NCBI GenBank assembly: GCA_050251875.1
Contig: JBFWMA010000002.1
Coordinates: forward strand, 1-64,000
Length of the DNA: 64,000 nt
Source of the DNA: Deferribacterales bacterium
GTDB lineage: Bacteria; Chrysiogenota; Deferribacteres; Deferribacterales; Geovibrionaceae
Reading direction: 5' to 3'
Both the position numbers and the translations under genes were made by a program. This document shows, piece after piece, positions 37,080 to 47,900 of the stretch. Below the pieces are notes generated by a model. It made no database searches and was not told the origin of the DNA. It worked only from the letters and a program-made list of their open reading frames with translations. Position 1 is the stretch's first letter. The number at the start of each line of letters is the position of its first letter.

Positions 37080-37982
37080 TTATGTAATGTCCCAGTCCTG
37101 TTCCAGATTCTCTTTGCAGAATCTGAGGAAATTTGCGGCAACGGCGGACAGGTTTCTGTTTTTGAGCGTTACTATTGATTTTTGCAGTTTATGTGCGTCT
37201 CCCCTGACGGGTATGCACAGCATATCATCTTCCACAGTGTCCATAACTCCGGCGGGAACGATGGCAACTGCCTCGCCGGATTTTGCCAGCTCAACACAGC
37301 TTTGCCTCAGCACAGCGGTGCTGATGATATCTGCCTTTTCGTTTATCTCATAGAACGAGTTTTTCAACGCCTCCCGGTATGTTCTGTTAACGCAGATAGG
37401 GACGCCCACAAGGTCTCTTACCGATAGGCTGTCCGAGGGTTCTTTTATCCACGGGTTGTCTTTCAGAAAGATGGCACTCATTACCTCTTCTTCCATCAGG
37501 TAATAGTTGAACAGGTGGGGAGATTTCAGAGGCGCTCTGATAACAACTATTTCACAAATGCCTGTTATGAGCAGTTCGCCGATCTTTCCGGTTACCAGTT
37601 CATACAGTTCCAGAGTGACATTGGAATATTTCCTTCTGAAATCAATCAGCAGACGGTTGATGACCTGTTCGGAGATGGAAGGCGCGATACCGATGCTCAG
37701 AACCCCTGAAAGCCCTCTGTTAATGTCGTTTATCTCTTTTGCGGCGGCATCTTCCAGCTCGCACAGATATTTCGCTTTTTCATAAAGCAGCTTCCCGGCA
37801 TCGGTCACTTTTATCCGGCGCACCCCCCGCTTGGTCTGAATCAGCTCCGCTCCGAACTTTTCTTCCAGAAGTCTGATCTGGTTTGTCAGCGCCGGCTGAG
37901 CGATGTTCAGTCTGCTGGCGGCGGCGGTGAGGTTCTCTTCGTCTATTATGACAACATAGTTTCTGTAGATATCGAGATTCAT
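37080..37982 (-). CDS. LysR family regulator
   Basis: NLTAAASRLNIAQPALTNQIRLLE. Confidence 0.9.
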   Translation of the reverse strand: MNLDIYRNYVVIIDEENLTAAASRLNIAQPALTNQIRLLEEKFGAELIQTKRGVRRIKVTDAGKLLYEKAKYLCELEDAAAKEINDINRGLSGVLSIGIAPSISEQVINRLLIDFRRKYSNVTLELYELVTGKIGELLITGICEIVVIRAPLKSPHLFNYYLMEEEVMSAIFLKDNPWIKEPSDSLSVRDLVGVPICVNRTYREALKNSFYEINEKADIISTAVLRQSCVELAKSGEAVAIVPAGVMDTVEDDMLCIPVRGDAHKLQKSIVTLKNRNLSAVAANFLRFCKENLEQDWDIT

Positions 37983-38106
37983 TATTTTTCTCAAAGTATA
38001 ATATTTAGTTATATTATAAATCAAAAAATAATATTTTCATTATATTTTCTCAGGATGTATATTTACGCAGAAACCGGTTTCTGATCTGTTTATATGGAGC
38101 GGTAAA

Positions 38107-38322
38107 ATGATAAACATTCAGAAACTATGTCCGAAAGAACCTCTTCTCTGCGGTATTATACTCAAATTCGTAATGATCGGCGCTATGGTTGTGTCCGGAG
38201 CAGTCTTCCACGGTATACTGACCGGTGTCTGGCAGGATTCTGTAAAATATTGTCTGTTTTTGTTATCAGCGGTTGTTCTGTTCGCCATATCAGAATATCT
38301 GAGCATAAAAAGGCTTAAATAA
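38107..38322 (+). CDS. small two-TM membrane protein
   Basis: GGAG RBS, two hydrophobic segments, divergent from LysR. Confidence 0.55.
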   Translation: MINIQKLCPKEPLLCGIILKFVMIGAMVVSGAVFHGILTGVWQDSVKYCLFLLSAVVLFAISEYLSIKRLK

Positions 38323-38355
38323 TGTTGACAACTGTCAAACTTCTGTAATGATTAT

Positions 38356-40020
38356 ATGTGCGCTTATTTCATTGCGGAGTCAGACTTGCCGTCACCCAGC
38401 TATATTTTTAACTCAGTTGCCCTGTCGCAGGGCGTCGGACTTATTATTTCATTAGTAATCCTTTTTTTCTCAGTGAAGGAGTCTGAAAAGCCCGTTCTGA
38501 AATATTATTCTCTTTCCGTGGCGATAAAATGCGTATATCTGATCGGTCTCATAATGCAGTCCATGGCTGTTTCTCTGGAGCTGAAAATCTTCTGGGCAGA
38601 TATAAAGACTTCCGCCGGGCTGTTCCTGCCGTATTTCTGGCTTATCATCACCACTCTGTTCACCCTGAAAAGACTACCTTCAAAATCGGTCATGACTCTT
38701 CTGTTTTTCGTGCCTCTAGTGAACATAGCGGTGCTCTATTCCGATCCTTATTTACATCTATATAGAATATCCTCGGAGATGGTGCACGGTATCGGCACAT
38801 ATTATCAGCTGCATCCAACGTTCGGACCCTGGTTTTATACAGTGACTTTAGCGTCTATATACGCTCCGCTTATTTTCTCCGTATTGCTTCTGCTTTATGC
38901 TTTTTCCACTGCCGGCAGATACGGGCGCATGCCGTACGGGCTTCTGCTGGCGCTGACGGTGCTGTCTATACTGCTTACCGCTCCGGTGTTCAGACAGTCG
39001 TCCCCATATGATGTGTTCGGGCTGTTGTCTCCCATAAGCCTCATCCTTAATTTTATGGTGCTTAAGAGATACAGTTTCATGGATATGATACCCATGGCTC
39101 AGAAGACAGCCTTTGACATAATAGATTCAGCCGTTTTCATTTACGATACTAAAGGCAGGCTGGTGGACGCAAACAAAGCCGGAGAAAAACTGAAATCAGT
39201 TATTCCTGCTGACGATGCCTATCAGCTTTGCGGTTATTTCAGCGGAACGGACAGGGCAGAGCCTGTGCCTCAGAAGCTGATGACAGCGAAGGCGGACGAC
39301 AGATGCTATTCCGCCGTGTTCTATCAGGTGATGCACAACAACCGTGTGACAGAAGGCTATGTGGTTCTGGTCAGTGACGTGACCGAAAACATGAAGCTGG
39401 CGGAAATAGAGAAGGAAAAAGAGGTAGTATATCAGAAAGGTCTGATAATAAGCGACATACACGACAGCATCAGCGGCAGTGTGGGCATAATAGGCATGAT
39501 AGCCGAAAACATGCTGGACAGCGAAGAGGCGGACACTGAGTCTGTAAAAAGGATAAAGAGCATAGCGGACGACACCCATAAAGAGGTGCGGTTTATGATG
39601 AACACCTATGACAGACAAAACCCGACATATGAAGAGATGTCCGGCGATATCAGGCATATAGGCAATATTATGACGGAAGACAGCGGCATGGCGTTCAGCC
39701 TTAAAGAGGAGATAGCCGAAGATCTCATGAAAACGGTGGTTCCGTTCGGAATATATGTCAATATTATCAGGTTTTTTAAAGAGTGTGTGGTGAACGCCGT
39801 GAAACATTCCGGCGCATCTGAGCTCAATTCTGTGATAAAAATATCTGACGGGGATATAATAATAGAGGTCAGAGACAACGGCACAGGATTTCCGGCGGAC
39901 GTGAAAAAGGGTCGTGGACTCAAAAATATGTCCAGACGGATGGATATGGTTGAGGGAACTCTGAATATAAAAAGCGACAGCGGGACTGAGATCACATGCA
40001 GAATCCCGATAAAGGATTAA
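38356..40020 (+). CDS. HisKA_7TM sensor histidine kinase (paralog C)
   Basis: Multi-TM N-terminus, DIHDSISG, NAVKHS, DNGTG, GRGLKNM. Confidence 0.87.
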   Translation: MCAYFIAESDLPSPSYIFNSVALSQGVGLIISLVILFFSVKESEKPVLKYYSLSVAIKCVYLIGLIMQSMAVSLELKIFWADIKTSAGLFLPYFWLIITTLFTLKRLPSKSVMTLLFFVPLVNIAVLYSDPYLHLYRISSEMVHGIGTYYQLHPTFGPWFYTVTLASIYAPLIFSVLLLLYAFSTAGRYGRMPYGLLLALTVLSILLTAPVFRQSSPYDVFGLLSPISLILNFMVLKRYSFMDMIPMAQKTAFDIIDSAVFIYDTKGRLVDANKAGEKLKSVIPADDAYQLCGYFSGTDRAEPVPQKLMTAKADDRCYSAVFYQVMHNNRVTEGYVVLVSDVTENMKLAEIEKEKEVVYQKGLIISDIHDSISGSVGIIGMIAENMLDSEEADTESVKRIKSIADDTHKEVRFMMNTYDRQNPTYEEMSGDIRHIGNIMTEDSGMAFSLKEEIAEDLMKTVVPFGIYVNIIRFFKECVVNAVKHSGASELNSVIKISDGDIIIEVRDNGTGFPADVKKGRGLKNMSRRMDMVEGTLNIKSDSGTEITCRIPIKD

Positions 40021-40021
40021 G

Positions 40022-40666
40022 ATGAACACTGGAAAGATAGCCGACATAATAATAGTAGAAGACGACATAAAGCTGGCTGGACTGTTAAAGTCCATGCTGG
40101 AGGCTTCATCCGAATATAACTGTCTGGGCGTGGTAGACAGTTTTGAGCAGTGTGTCTCTCTGCTGAAAATCAGTCAGCCGGACATAATAGTGGTGGATAT
40201 AGACCTCAGCTCCGAAACCAGCGGAATAGAGATAATCAGATATGTCTCAGAAAACTGTCCCGACACGGAAGTTCTTGTGCATACTGTTCACGAGGACAAC
40301 GAAACCCTTTTCGAGGCTTTGCGCATGGGCGCCAGCGGATACATTCTGAAGAGTTCGTCCCCTCTGGAGTTTCTCACATATCTTAAGCAGATGCAGAAGG
40401 GAGAGGTGCCGATCAGCCCGAAAATAGCCAGAAGGATACTCTCATTCTTCAACGAACAGAAACAGGAGGAGTGCGAACCGCTGTCCTCCAGAGAGATAGA
40501 GGTTCTGCGCATGGCAGACAAGGGGTATACATATAAGCAGATAGCCGACCTGACAGGCATCAGCAGACACACCGTGCATGCCCACCTGAAACAGGTGTAT
40601 TTCAAACTGCATGTCACATCCAAAACCGAAGCTCTGAAAAAAGCGAGAAAAATGACCCTTCTCTGA
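40022..40666 (+). CDS. NarL/LuxR family response regulator
   Basis: VEDD, VDID, GYILK, LSSREIEVL...TVHAHLKQVYFKL. Confidence 0.92.
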   Translation: MNTGKIADIIIVEDDIKLAGLLKSMLEASSEYNCLGVVDSFEQCVSLLKISQPDIIVVDIDLSSETSGIEIIRYVSENCPDTEVLVHTVHEDNETLFEALRMGASGYILKSSSPLEFLTYLKQMQKGEVPISPKIARRILSFFNEQKQEECEPLSSREIEVLRMADKGYTYKQIADLTGISRHTVHAHLKQVYFKLHVTSKTEALKKARKMTLL

Positions 40667-40844
40667 TTTTATTATTGTTCCCCTCTCTTAATCAGGAAAT
40701 CTCTCCAAACCTCCCTTCGAAAAGGGAGGCTTAATGTGAATATTTTTTTCGCGTATTACCAATCGATGGCAATATCTCTATTCAAAAAAAGCCTTAATTA
40801 TCAGTAAAACCTTTTCCATGTCAGTCTGTTCAGCGTCAGAAAAA

Positions 40845-40890
40845 TACCCCACGGCGGGCAATTGTCATGCTTTGATACGAGAGATATAAT
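40845..40890 (+). promoter_or_regulatory. NarL-type 7-2-7 box with sigma70 promoter
   Basis: TACCCCA-CG-GCGGGCA, then TTGTCA-17 nt-TATAAT. Confidence 0.7.
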
Positions 40891-40896
40891 CAGCGT

Positions 40897-41021
40897 CAGT
40901 TATGTAGTAAGTATCTTTTATCGGCTTTCTCGGGATACATTCCCGGAGGTCTAATGTGGGAAACCCCAATCGTCTCATACAAAAAAAACTCCTCATCGTG
41001 TAAATGCCGGGGAGTTTTTTT
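40897..41021 (+). ncRNA. candidate ~125-nt structured sRNA
   Basis: Lies between a near-consensus promoter and a terminator (40981-41021); two internal hairpins. Confidence 0.5.
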
Positions 41022-41128
41022 ATTTTCTCATTACGCAGATACCAATAGGGGGTAATATTGTTCATCTGACAAAATCCTTATTTATCAACGGACCTTATTA
41101 AAAATCTACACGTTATATCCATAAAAAA

Positions 41129-41174
41129 TACCCAATTGCGGGCAATTGTCATCCTTTAGCGCACGAAATATAAT
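41129..41174 (+). promoter_or_regulatory. NarL-type 7-2-7 box with sigma70 promoter of the lipoprotein gene
   Basis: TACCCAA-TT-GCGGGCA, then TTGTCA-17 nt-TATAAT. Confidence 0.7.
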
Positions 41175-41211
41175 TAAATGTTTTTATAATGCGTTATTTG
41201 GAGGGATTTCT

Positions 41212-42885
41212 ATGCGGTACCTGTTTGCATTACTTTTAATATTTTCACTGGCTCTCTCGGGCTGCGGTCTTAGCAGCGGAGGAGGTTCCGGCGCGTCTGA
41301 TCCTACTGACTCTGACGACCCCTCAACAGTCACCTACACAGGTTCAAAAGTGAGCCTGACAACCGATGATACCGGCAAGGCGAAAGTAATCAGCGACACA
41401 CTGGGCATCACCTATGAAATTATCACACAGGACAGCTCCGGTAATCCTATAACAGGCGTAACGCTGGTATACAGCGAGGACGGCGGAAAATCAGTGGTCT
41501 ATGTAAAAGACCCGTCAGGCACATATGCCGATATTGTTCTGGTGGGTACTCCCACAGAGATTTGGTATGTGGCAGGCAGATCAAAATCAACTTATGAACC
41601 CACAGATGACTTTCCTCTTGCTTTAGAATTGCAGGCTAAGTCCAGTGATGGAATCTGGGCAGGCTCCAGCTTTATCAGCGGGGTTTACCTGTCTAAGAAC
41701 TACCGCTCGGGAGCAGGCTGGACATCAGGCTGTTTCACCCCGTCCGCACTGGCGGCTAAACTGACGGCGATGGATTCATCAAAGAACGTGGTGCTCACCG
41801 TTACCAACACTATGGATGATGATAAATACAGATTTATGTACACAGGTACAGCATGGAGAACAAACGGCGCAGATCTGGTCGAAGGTGTGAACGATCTGGG
41901 CAATATGATTGCTGAAGATTATACCTATGTGAGCTATGTAACATGCTATGAGCCCGCATCAGGCGCTCTGTATGACAACGGGATAGGCGCCGTGTGCGAG
42001 ATAGAACAGTCACCTTCCTATTGCGGCAGGGTTCTGCACAAGACTAAACAGACAACAAGCTATGCCGACTATGACGATGGATATTATCAGGCAGGCATAA
42101 ATCCTGAAATGATTGGAGACCATTCCGGGGACGGCATTGTTGAGGATATTGTCCATGAACTGATATGGGAAGACCAGATATATGCTGTTGACGCAAGTAA
42201 CAAAACAACATGGGCTAATGCGCCTACCCGTTGCAGTGACCTCAGTTCAGTAGATAACTATTACGGCAAAACAGACTGGCGTCTGCCCAATATCATGGAG
42301 CTTGAGTCTCTGAAAGTATACGGCAGTGCAACACCTGCTATGGACTCTCACTTCACCTCTACCGGTGCGAACGCATGGGCATCTGATAGTGTTAATGCCT
42401 CATTTGCTTATTTGTGGCTTGCCGGCGGCAACATAACCGGTGTTATGGATGCGACCATTACATATAACAGCAGATGCGTCAGCGGAACAACTAAATCAGC
42501 TAACTATGAAAAAGATGATGATACAGGCATAGTCGCAGACAGAAGCACAGGTCTCATGTGGACAGTGGGAACATACGGCGCAGCTTCCACATGGTCAGGC
42601 GCACTCTCTCTGTGCCACGGTAAAACAACAGGCGGATACACCGACTGGAGACTGCCTAACGTTTCTGAGCTGATGTCTATAGTGAATACGTCTGCCAGTC
42701 CTGCAATCAATTCTAACTTCAGTAATATGATCGATGGAGGCTACGATTTCTGGACAGCCACAGTATCTCCCGACAATACCGGCAATGCTTATATTGTCAA
42801 TTTTACTAACGGCTCAATGAATACATCTGACAGAACATCAGCGACACCTGCGGCAGAGACCATCTGCGTCAGGGGCGGACTGTAG
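41212..42885 (+). CDS. lipoprotein with two DUF1566 (Lcl C-terminal-like) domains
   Basis: Lipobox LSGC; DWRLPNxxEL twice, TGLMW, terminal CVR; ATG 41212 after GGAGG. Confidence 0.85.
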   Translation: MRYLFALLLIFSLALSGCGLSSGGGSGASDPTDSDDPSTVTYTGSKVSLTTDDTGKAKVISDTLGITYEIITQDSSGNPITGVTLVYSEDGGKSVVYVKDPSGTYADIVLVGTPTEIWYVAGRSKSTYEPTDDFPLALELQAKSSDGIWAGSSFISGVYLSKNYRSGAGWTSGCFTPSALAAKLTAMDSSKNVVLTVTNTMDDDKYRFMYTGTAWRTNGADLVEGVNDLGNMIAEDYTYVSYVTCYEPASGALYDNGIGAVCEIEQSPSYCGRVLHKTKQTTSYADYDDGYYQAGINPEMIGDHSGDGIVEDIVHELIWEDQIYAVDASNKTTWANAPTRCSDLSSVDNYYGKTDWRLPNIMELESLKVYGSATPAMDSHFTSTGANAWASDSVNASFAYLWLAGGNITGVMDATITYNSRCVSGTTKSANYEKDDDTGIVADRSTGLMWTVGTYGAASTWSGALSLCHGKTTGGYTDWRLPNVSELMSIVNTSASPAINSNFSNMIDGGYDFWTATVSPDNTGNAYIVNFTNGSMNTSDRTSATPAAETICVRGGL

Positions 42886-42908
42886 GATATTCACTCTCTC
42901 TATAAATC

Positions 42909-42948
42909 AAAAAGCTCCCCCTCATTTAAATGTCGGGGAGCTTTTTTT
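42909..42948. terminator. bidirectional terminator
   Basis: AAAAAGCTCCCC...GGGGAGCTTTTT. Confidence 0.8.
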
Positions 42949-42953
42949 ATTAT

Positions 42954-44900
42954 TCAATCAAGAACATTCTTTTTGACTGAGCCGCTCCGGTCTGTGTCTG
43001 TCTGCTTGACGGCAGCGCCTTTCACAGCTCCTGTTATATCCGGATATGGTTCGTTTGTCTGCTGATACGCTCCGGGTGAGGGCGTGGGCAGTTCGTCTTC
43101 GCTGACGCCTGTGATATATGCCATCTTTTTTGTGTTTACCATCAGAGGCGCTGACAGCTCAGGAAAATATTTGAAATAACTAAACGATTGTTTCAGACCT
43201 GATCTTGAAACGAGGAAATCATACGCCTTGTCAGGTGATTCGTTAACGGCGATAACCAGCGCTTCCAGACCGTCAGCCATCTCATTTGCCACAGAGAGAT
43301 TGAGCTTTTTCTCCACTGCGAAATCACGCATGAGCCGCACAGCCTGCATGGCGGAATCCGTATGTCCGGCTTTCACGGCGAACATGCCGTAGTAGAGCAG
43401 GGCGATGTACTGTTTTGAGGTGTTGGTAAAAACCTCGTGTTCTTTCAGCAGAAACTCACCGATATATCTGAGAGGCATTTTTTCTGATATGTTTTTTACA
43501 AAAATGTCATATACGGGCATGAACATCTCCGGATATTCATTGAGTCCTTTTGTGTATTCGGCGAAGGCGGCGGAGTAAAACTCAGCCTCCATCAGACCGA
43601 TTCCTTTATCCAGATATTCTGCTGCTTTAACGTTCTTCTCTCCGGCTGAGGGCATTTTTATCAGCTCTCCGTTACGGAACAAAAACCATGCGTCAGCGTC
43701 CCGCACATACACAGCCTTAGGCTCTGTGGTCTGTTTATACCAGAATGTTTGCAGATAGATCGCTTTGCCGTCTTTGATAAGATATTCATCGGCGGCGTTG
43801 TTCCACACATTTATCAGTCTGCCGTTCGGCGAGAAATATACTTTTGCGCCGTTGAAAGAATCGGTGAATACAGTGGGGAAGGGGACTGCTTTCTCTTTAT
43901 CCAGATCAATCAGATACTCTATATGGTGGCTGGTGTTTACCGCGTACTGTGAAAAAGGGCTCAGATAGAGAGCTATATCTGAGTCGGTGAGCAGAGTGCG
44001 GCAGTCTTTCCAGAAGGTTTTGGTGCCGCTGTTTATGTCGCAGAGCCTCAGAGAAAAGTCGTCTCCCTGTATAACCATCTTCTGTCCGTCATTGATAACG
44101 CCGTATCCAAAGTGTACTCTGGAGAAAAAGTTTTTGAACTGTCCGCCGGATGCGAAATCAAAAACTGTGTAGGCGTCATTGTTACGGAATTGAAAGAGTT
44201 TTCCGGCTCTGTCGAATTTCATAGGGGCAACCATCTCGCCTTTTTTTGGAAAAGAGAACAGCTCATATTTTTTGTCGTCTGCCAGAGAGTAAATCTCTAT
44301 CCTGTATTTTCCGTTGTACTCCGCCAGAGCCGCCGTGTGCTTTCCGCTGTAATCTATGACAGGTTCATAACCGATGGGCTCTATGGGTATCTCTTTGAAC
44401 TCTTTTTTGTCAGGGTACACGGCATAGAGTTTCTCTGGGGTGAGAGAGTTTGGTTCCGGCTTATGCTTATAGACTTCAGCGAAAAGAGTCGATCCGTCAG
44501 CGGACATTTGTATCCGTCTGGGGCATCTGAGCTCTGTTCTGTCTTTACAGCTTTCAAAATCGTCATAGTCGAGAAAGTATTTGTCCTCCGGTTTTTCGCC
44601 GAAGAAACCGAAAAGTTTTTTAGAAGTGTCCGTCTTCATGCCATCGAAACTGTGCAGAACATAGGTGCCCAGAGAGCTGTCATAGTCCCACAGGGTGGAT
44701 TTCTGGACAAAATCATTACTGCCTTTGGTAAAAGAAGAGACCAGAACTCTCTTTCCGTCATCGGATATCTGATAAACAGGGGTGTATTTTTCCCTGTATT
44801 CATCGTTCATGTAATCTGTCATTTTAACGGGCGCATCCGCCGCAACGGCAGAAAAACCCGAGAACAGCATTGTCAGTCCCAGCAAAAACAATCTGATCAT
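42954..44900 (-). CDS. secreted hypothetical protein (beta-propeller-like plus helical/TPR-like region)
   Basis: Signal peptide; ISDDGKR, MSADGST, FSPNGRL blade-like motifs. Confidence 0.75.
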   Translation of the reverse strand: MIRLFLLGLTMLFSGFSAVAADAPVKMTDYMNDEYREKYTPVYQISDDGKRVLVSSFTKGSNDFVQKSTLWDYDSSLGTYVLHSFDGMKTDTSKKLFGFFGEKPEDKYFLDYDDFESCKDRTELRCPRRIQMSADGSTLFAEVYKHKPEPNSLTPEKLYAVYPDKKEFKEIPIEPIGYEPVIDYSGKHTAALAEYNGKYRIEIYSLADDKKYELFSFPKKGEMVAPMKFDRAGKLFQFRNNDAYTVFDFASGGQFKNFFSRVHFGYGVINDGQKMVIQGDDFSLRLCDINSGTKTFWKDCRTLLTDSDIALYLSPFSQYAVNTSHHIEYLIDLDKEKAVPFPTVFTDSFNGAKVYFSPNGRLINVWNNAADEYLIKDGKAIYLQTFWYKQTTEPKAVYVRDADAWFLFRNGELIKMPSAGEKNVKAAEYLDKGIGLMEAEFYSAAFAEYTKGLNEYPEMFMPVYDIFVKNISEKMPLRYIGEFLLKEHEVFTNTSKQYIALLYYGMFAVKAGHTDSAMQAVRLMRDFAVEKKLNLSVANEMADGLEALVIAVNESPDKAYDFLVSRSGLKQSFSYFKYFPELSAPLMVNTKKMAYITGVSEDELPTPSPGAYQQTNEPYPDITGAVKGAAVKQTDTDRSGSVKKNVLD

Positions 44901-44913
44901 AATAAGTCTCCTT

Positions 44914-47900
44914 CTATTTCATGGCTCCCATGACACCACGCCCGTAGGTGACAAGTGGTGTGTTCGGATCTCCGCTCCATTTTATTCCTATATGGTCGCT
45001 GGATGTTCTGGCAAATACCGCCGAACCTCTGCCGGAATTGATATCACCCGCTATTTTCTCCGCCTCCTGTCTGCTGAGCGTTCCGTATGCTTTTACAGAA
45101 CGGTTATAGTGAGACGGTGACGCTGAGCTTCTGTTGAAGAAGCCGGTTTTCGGAGGTGTCTTGCCTGTGACTATTCCTGCGCTGTAGGCGGATTTAAAAC
45201 TGCCGGACGATACAGAGCCGCTCTGTTCCAGCACAACCCAATAGATGGTCTGCGCCTGTGCTTTCGGCTGAGCCTGTCTCAGCTCGGATGCGGAGATATG
45301 CCCTCTGTCCGCCAGCTTTTTAAGTGTTTTGTCGGCACATTCCATGTTGAACCCGCCGCCTTTTATTGTTTTATAGATAACCTGTGCCACGCCTTTTTCC
45401 TGTTCTTTTTCGAAGGCGTCCAGCTCCGGACGGGTTTTTCTGCCTATGCTGTCATAGTCCATATCTGAGTTCAGGAGCAGTTTCCGGATTTTATCATACG
45501 CCTGCGGGGCGTTTTGCCTGTAACAGGGATCTATCGTGTTGTTCAGTATATTTTCCGCCATGGCGCTCCATCTGGCTCTTCCCTGAGACGCATAGTCAGA
45601 CTGAGCAGTTTGAGCAGGCACTGACTGAACTTGAGCTGGTGTTTGAACAGGAGCAGGGGCGGGTATCGGTGCCTGAGTTATAGTTTTTGGCTCTATTACA
45701 GGTTTCGGCTGTTCAGCTTGTTTTGCGGTTTCAGTTTTCGGCGGTTTTTTGTCGTCTATTTCGAATTTTGTACGGCTGAACGCTGCTATCCTGCGCACGG
45801 TGCCGGAAACATCTATCAGCCTCAGAGTAACTTCGTATTCGCCGTTGCTCATGCCGTCTGTTCCGAACCTCAGCACATTGGCTTTCGGGTCTTTGCCGTT
45901 TGTTTTTTTATAGAGTTCTCCATTTACCAGCCATTGAACTTCGTATTTGTCCCAGTCGCCGTTCTTTGCCGCGCGAAAAGCCAGAACATCTCCCGGTTTT
46001 GCAGTGCCGGAAAGAATCTTTCCGCCTGATTCCGGAAAATGCCCTGTGAAGGATGCTATTGAGCCTATCCCGGCGCTGTCTGTCAGCCTGAATTTTTTCT
46101 CACGCCAGTCCGCCTGAAGAAGACTGTCCGTCTCGAAAACCCTCACCACAGCGCTGTACTGTCCGGAAGGCATGCCGTCCGGCATGGCGAAAATCACGCT
46201 GGCGGAATCCGGCATAGATGCGCTGGTTCTGTCTTTCATAGTGATACTGCGTCCGTCCGGAAGTTTCAGCTCCCAGATGGTAAAGTATCCGCTTTCCCAT
46301 TTAGAGTTTCTGTCTATCTGAAAGGCGAGTGTCTCGCCGTAGTCCGCCTCGTCATAAAGCGACCGTCCGTTCAGCCCGCCCCGGAATCCCCTTATCTCGC
46401 CCATATCAATGGTTCTGATGCGGTCTCTGGCATCCGTCATCTTTTCCCGCTGGAGCTCCATAGACTTCTCACGCTCGAAATCACCGAGAAAATTATTAGA
46501 CACGTCCCGCACCGTCTTAACGCCTTCAGAAACAGCCTGAGCGCCGGATACAAGAGGCTCTACAGTCATGGACGCCACAGTCTCCGCCGTGACGGTGGAT
46601 GTCATGGCAAACATAACGAAGGCGGGATGCACCTGCCAGTCGGTTTCTCCACGTTCCAGCTCTTTTCTGAAATATTCCATATATTTGTCGGCTCTCTCCC
46701 CGACATCCCATCCCCTCTCCAGAGCGTCTATAAGAGGGATAGGCATCAGCTCGACAGCCGCCACAGCAGCAGCTTTCATTATTTTCTCAGTGTTAGAGTC
46801 AGTTTTATCAAAATTCCAGAAAAGATGATTTCCCTGCTCAGCCTCTTTCAGCCTTTGGTTTATTGACATCAGATTTCCGGCAAAGCCTGCTATGTTTCCG
46901 GCGGTCTCCAGCGATATTTTCGGAGAAGAGGGTATTTTTTTCTGCGCCAGCTTGAGGGATTCTGTCTGTCCTCTCATGTACTCGGCAAGGTCGGCGGGGT
47001 TTTTGAACCCGTATTCCTGAAGATTTCTGGCGACAGCCTCCACATCCGTGGAACTGGAACCGTCCACAGACATGATTATCTCTGCCGCCCGGGCGAAGTT
47101 TTCCGGCAGTCTGCCCACATCGTATCCCTGTTTTTCATAAGATGCCCGCACAGATTCCAGAGTCTCCATGCCCTTTTTCATCTGCGCCAGCCCCTCGGCT
47201 GTATGCATGTTTTTTTGAGAGATGTTTTCCGCGCTGTCCACCCGGCTGAGCTGTTCCCATGATTTATGAAAATACATCATGGACATGCTTTCGGCGTCAG
47301 CCAGCGTTCCCTGTCCGGATTTTACCTTTACAATATTCGGCACTGATTCCACAGATATTCTGCCGTCAGCTTTTTGAGTGACTTTTATTCTGTCGGCGCT
47401 GTTTTTCAGGTTCTGGTCGGAATAGTCGTGGCTCGCCTCCATGTGAAAACTGTCGGTGGCTAGCTGACGGAATTTTTCGGCGTGTTCCTGAATCTTCTGC
47501 CTGTCGTCAGATGAATATCCTGTCCGTTTGGCAAATTCTTTATAATAGACGTCTTTCCACTTATCCGCCGGAACTTCCGCCCATCTGCCGGGCTCTACCT
47601 CCGCCAGAATCCGGACGTCCCTGTCTGTGTTCACGGACGAACCGTCCGCCCCTGGAGTCCTGAAGTCGTGGGTGATTATCCTTTTACCCTCATATTCAGG
47701 CAGATCGCTTATGTATTTCACTGTTTCAGCGTCTGCGGGTTTATATACATTGTTTTCCAGAGTTTTTGTAAAAGTCCTCTGAGCGTTTTTATCCGCCGAG
47801 TTTTTCAGGTCTCTTGTCAGTCTGGAATCCTGAAATGTTTTCAGCACTTCTGTCAGGTCGCTGTAGTCTGACCCGGCGCAATATCCCTGAAAAGAGAGAA

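Noticed and set aside
40865..41065. 66-aa minus-strand ORF and a 33-aa plus-strand peptide (40954-41055 after GGAGGT)
   Set aside because: Both cross the terminator hairpin; the plus-strand SD is only 3 nt from the ATG and partly in a stem; not fully excluded without ribosome profiling
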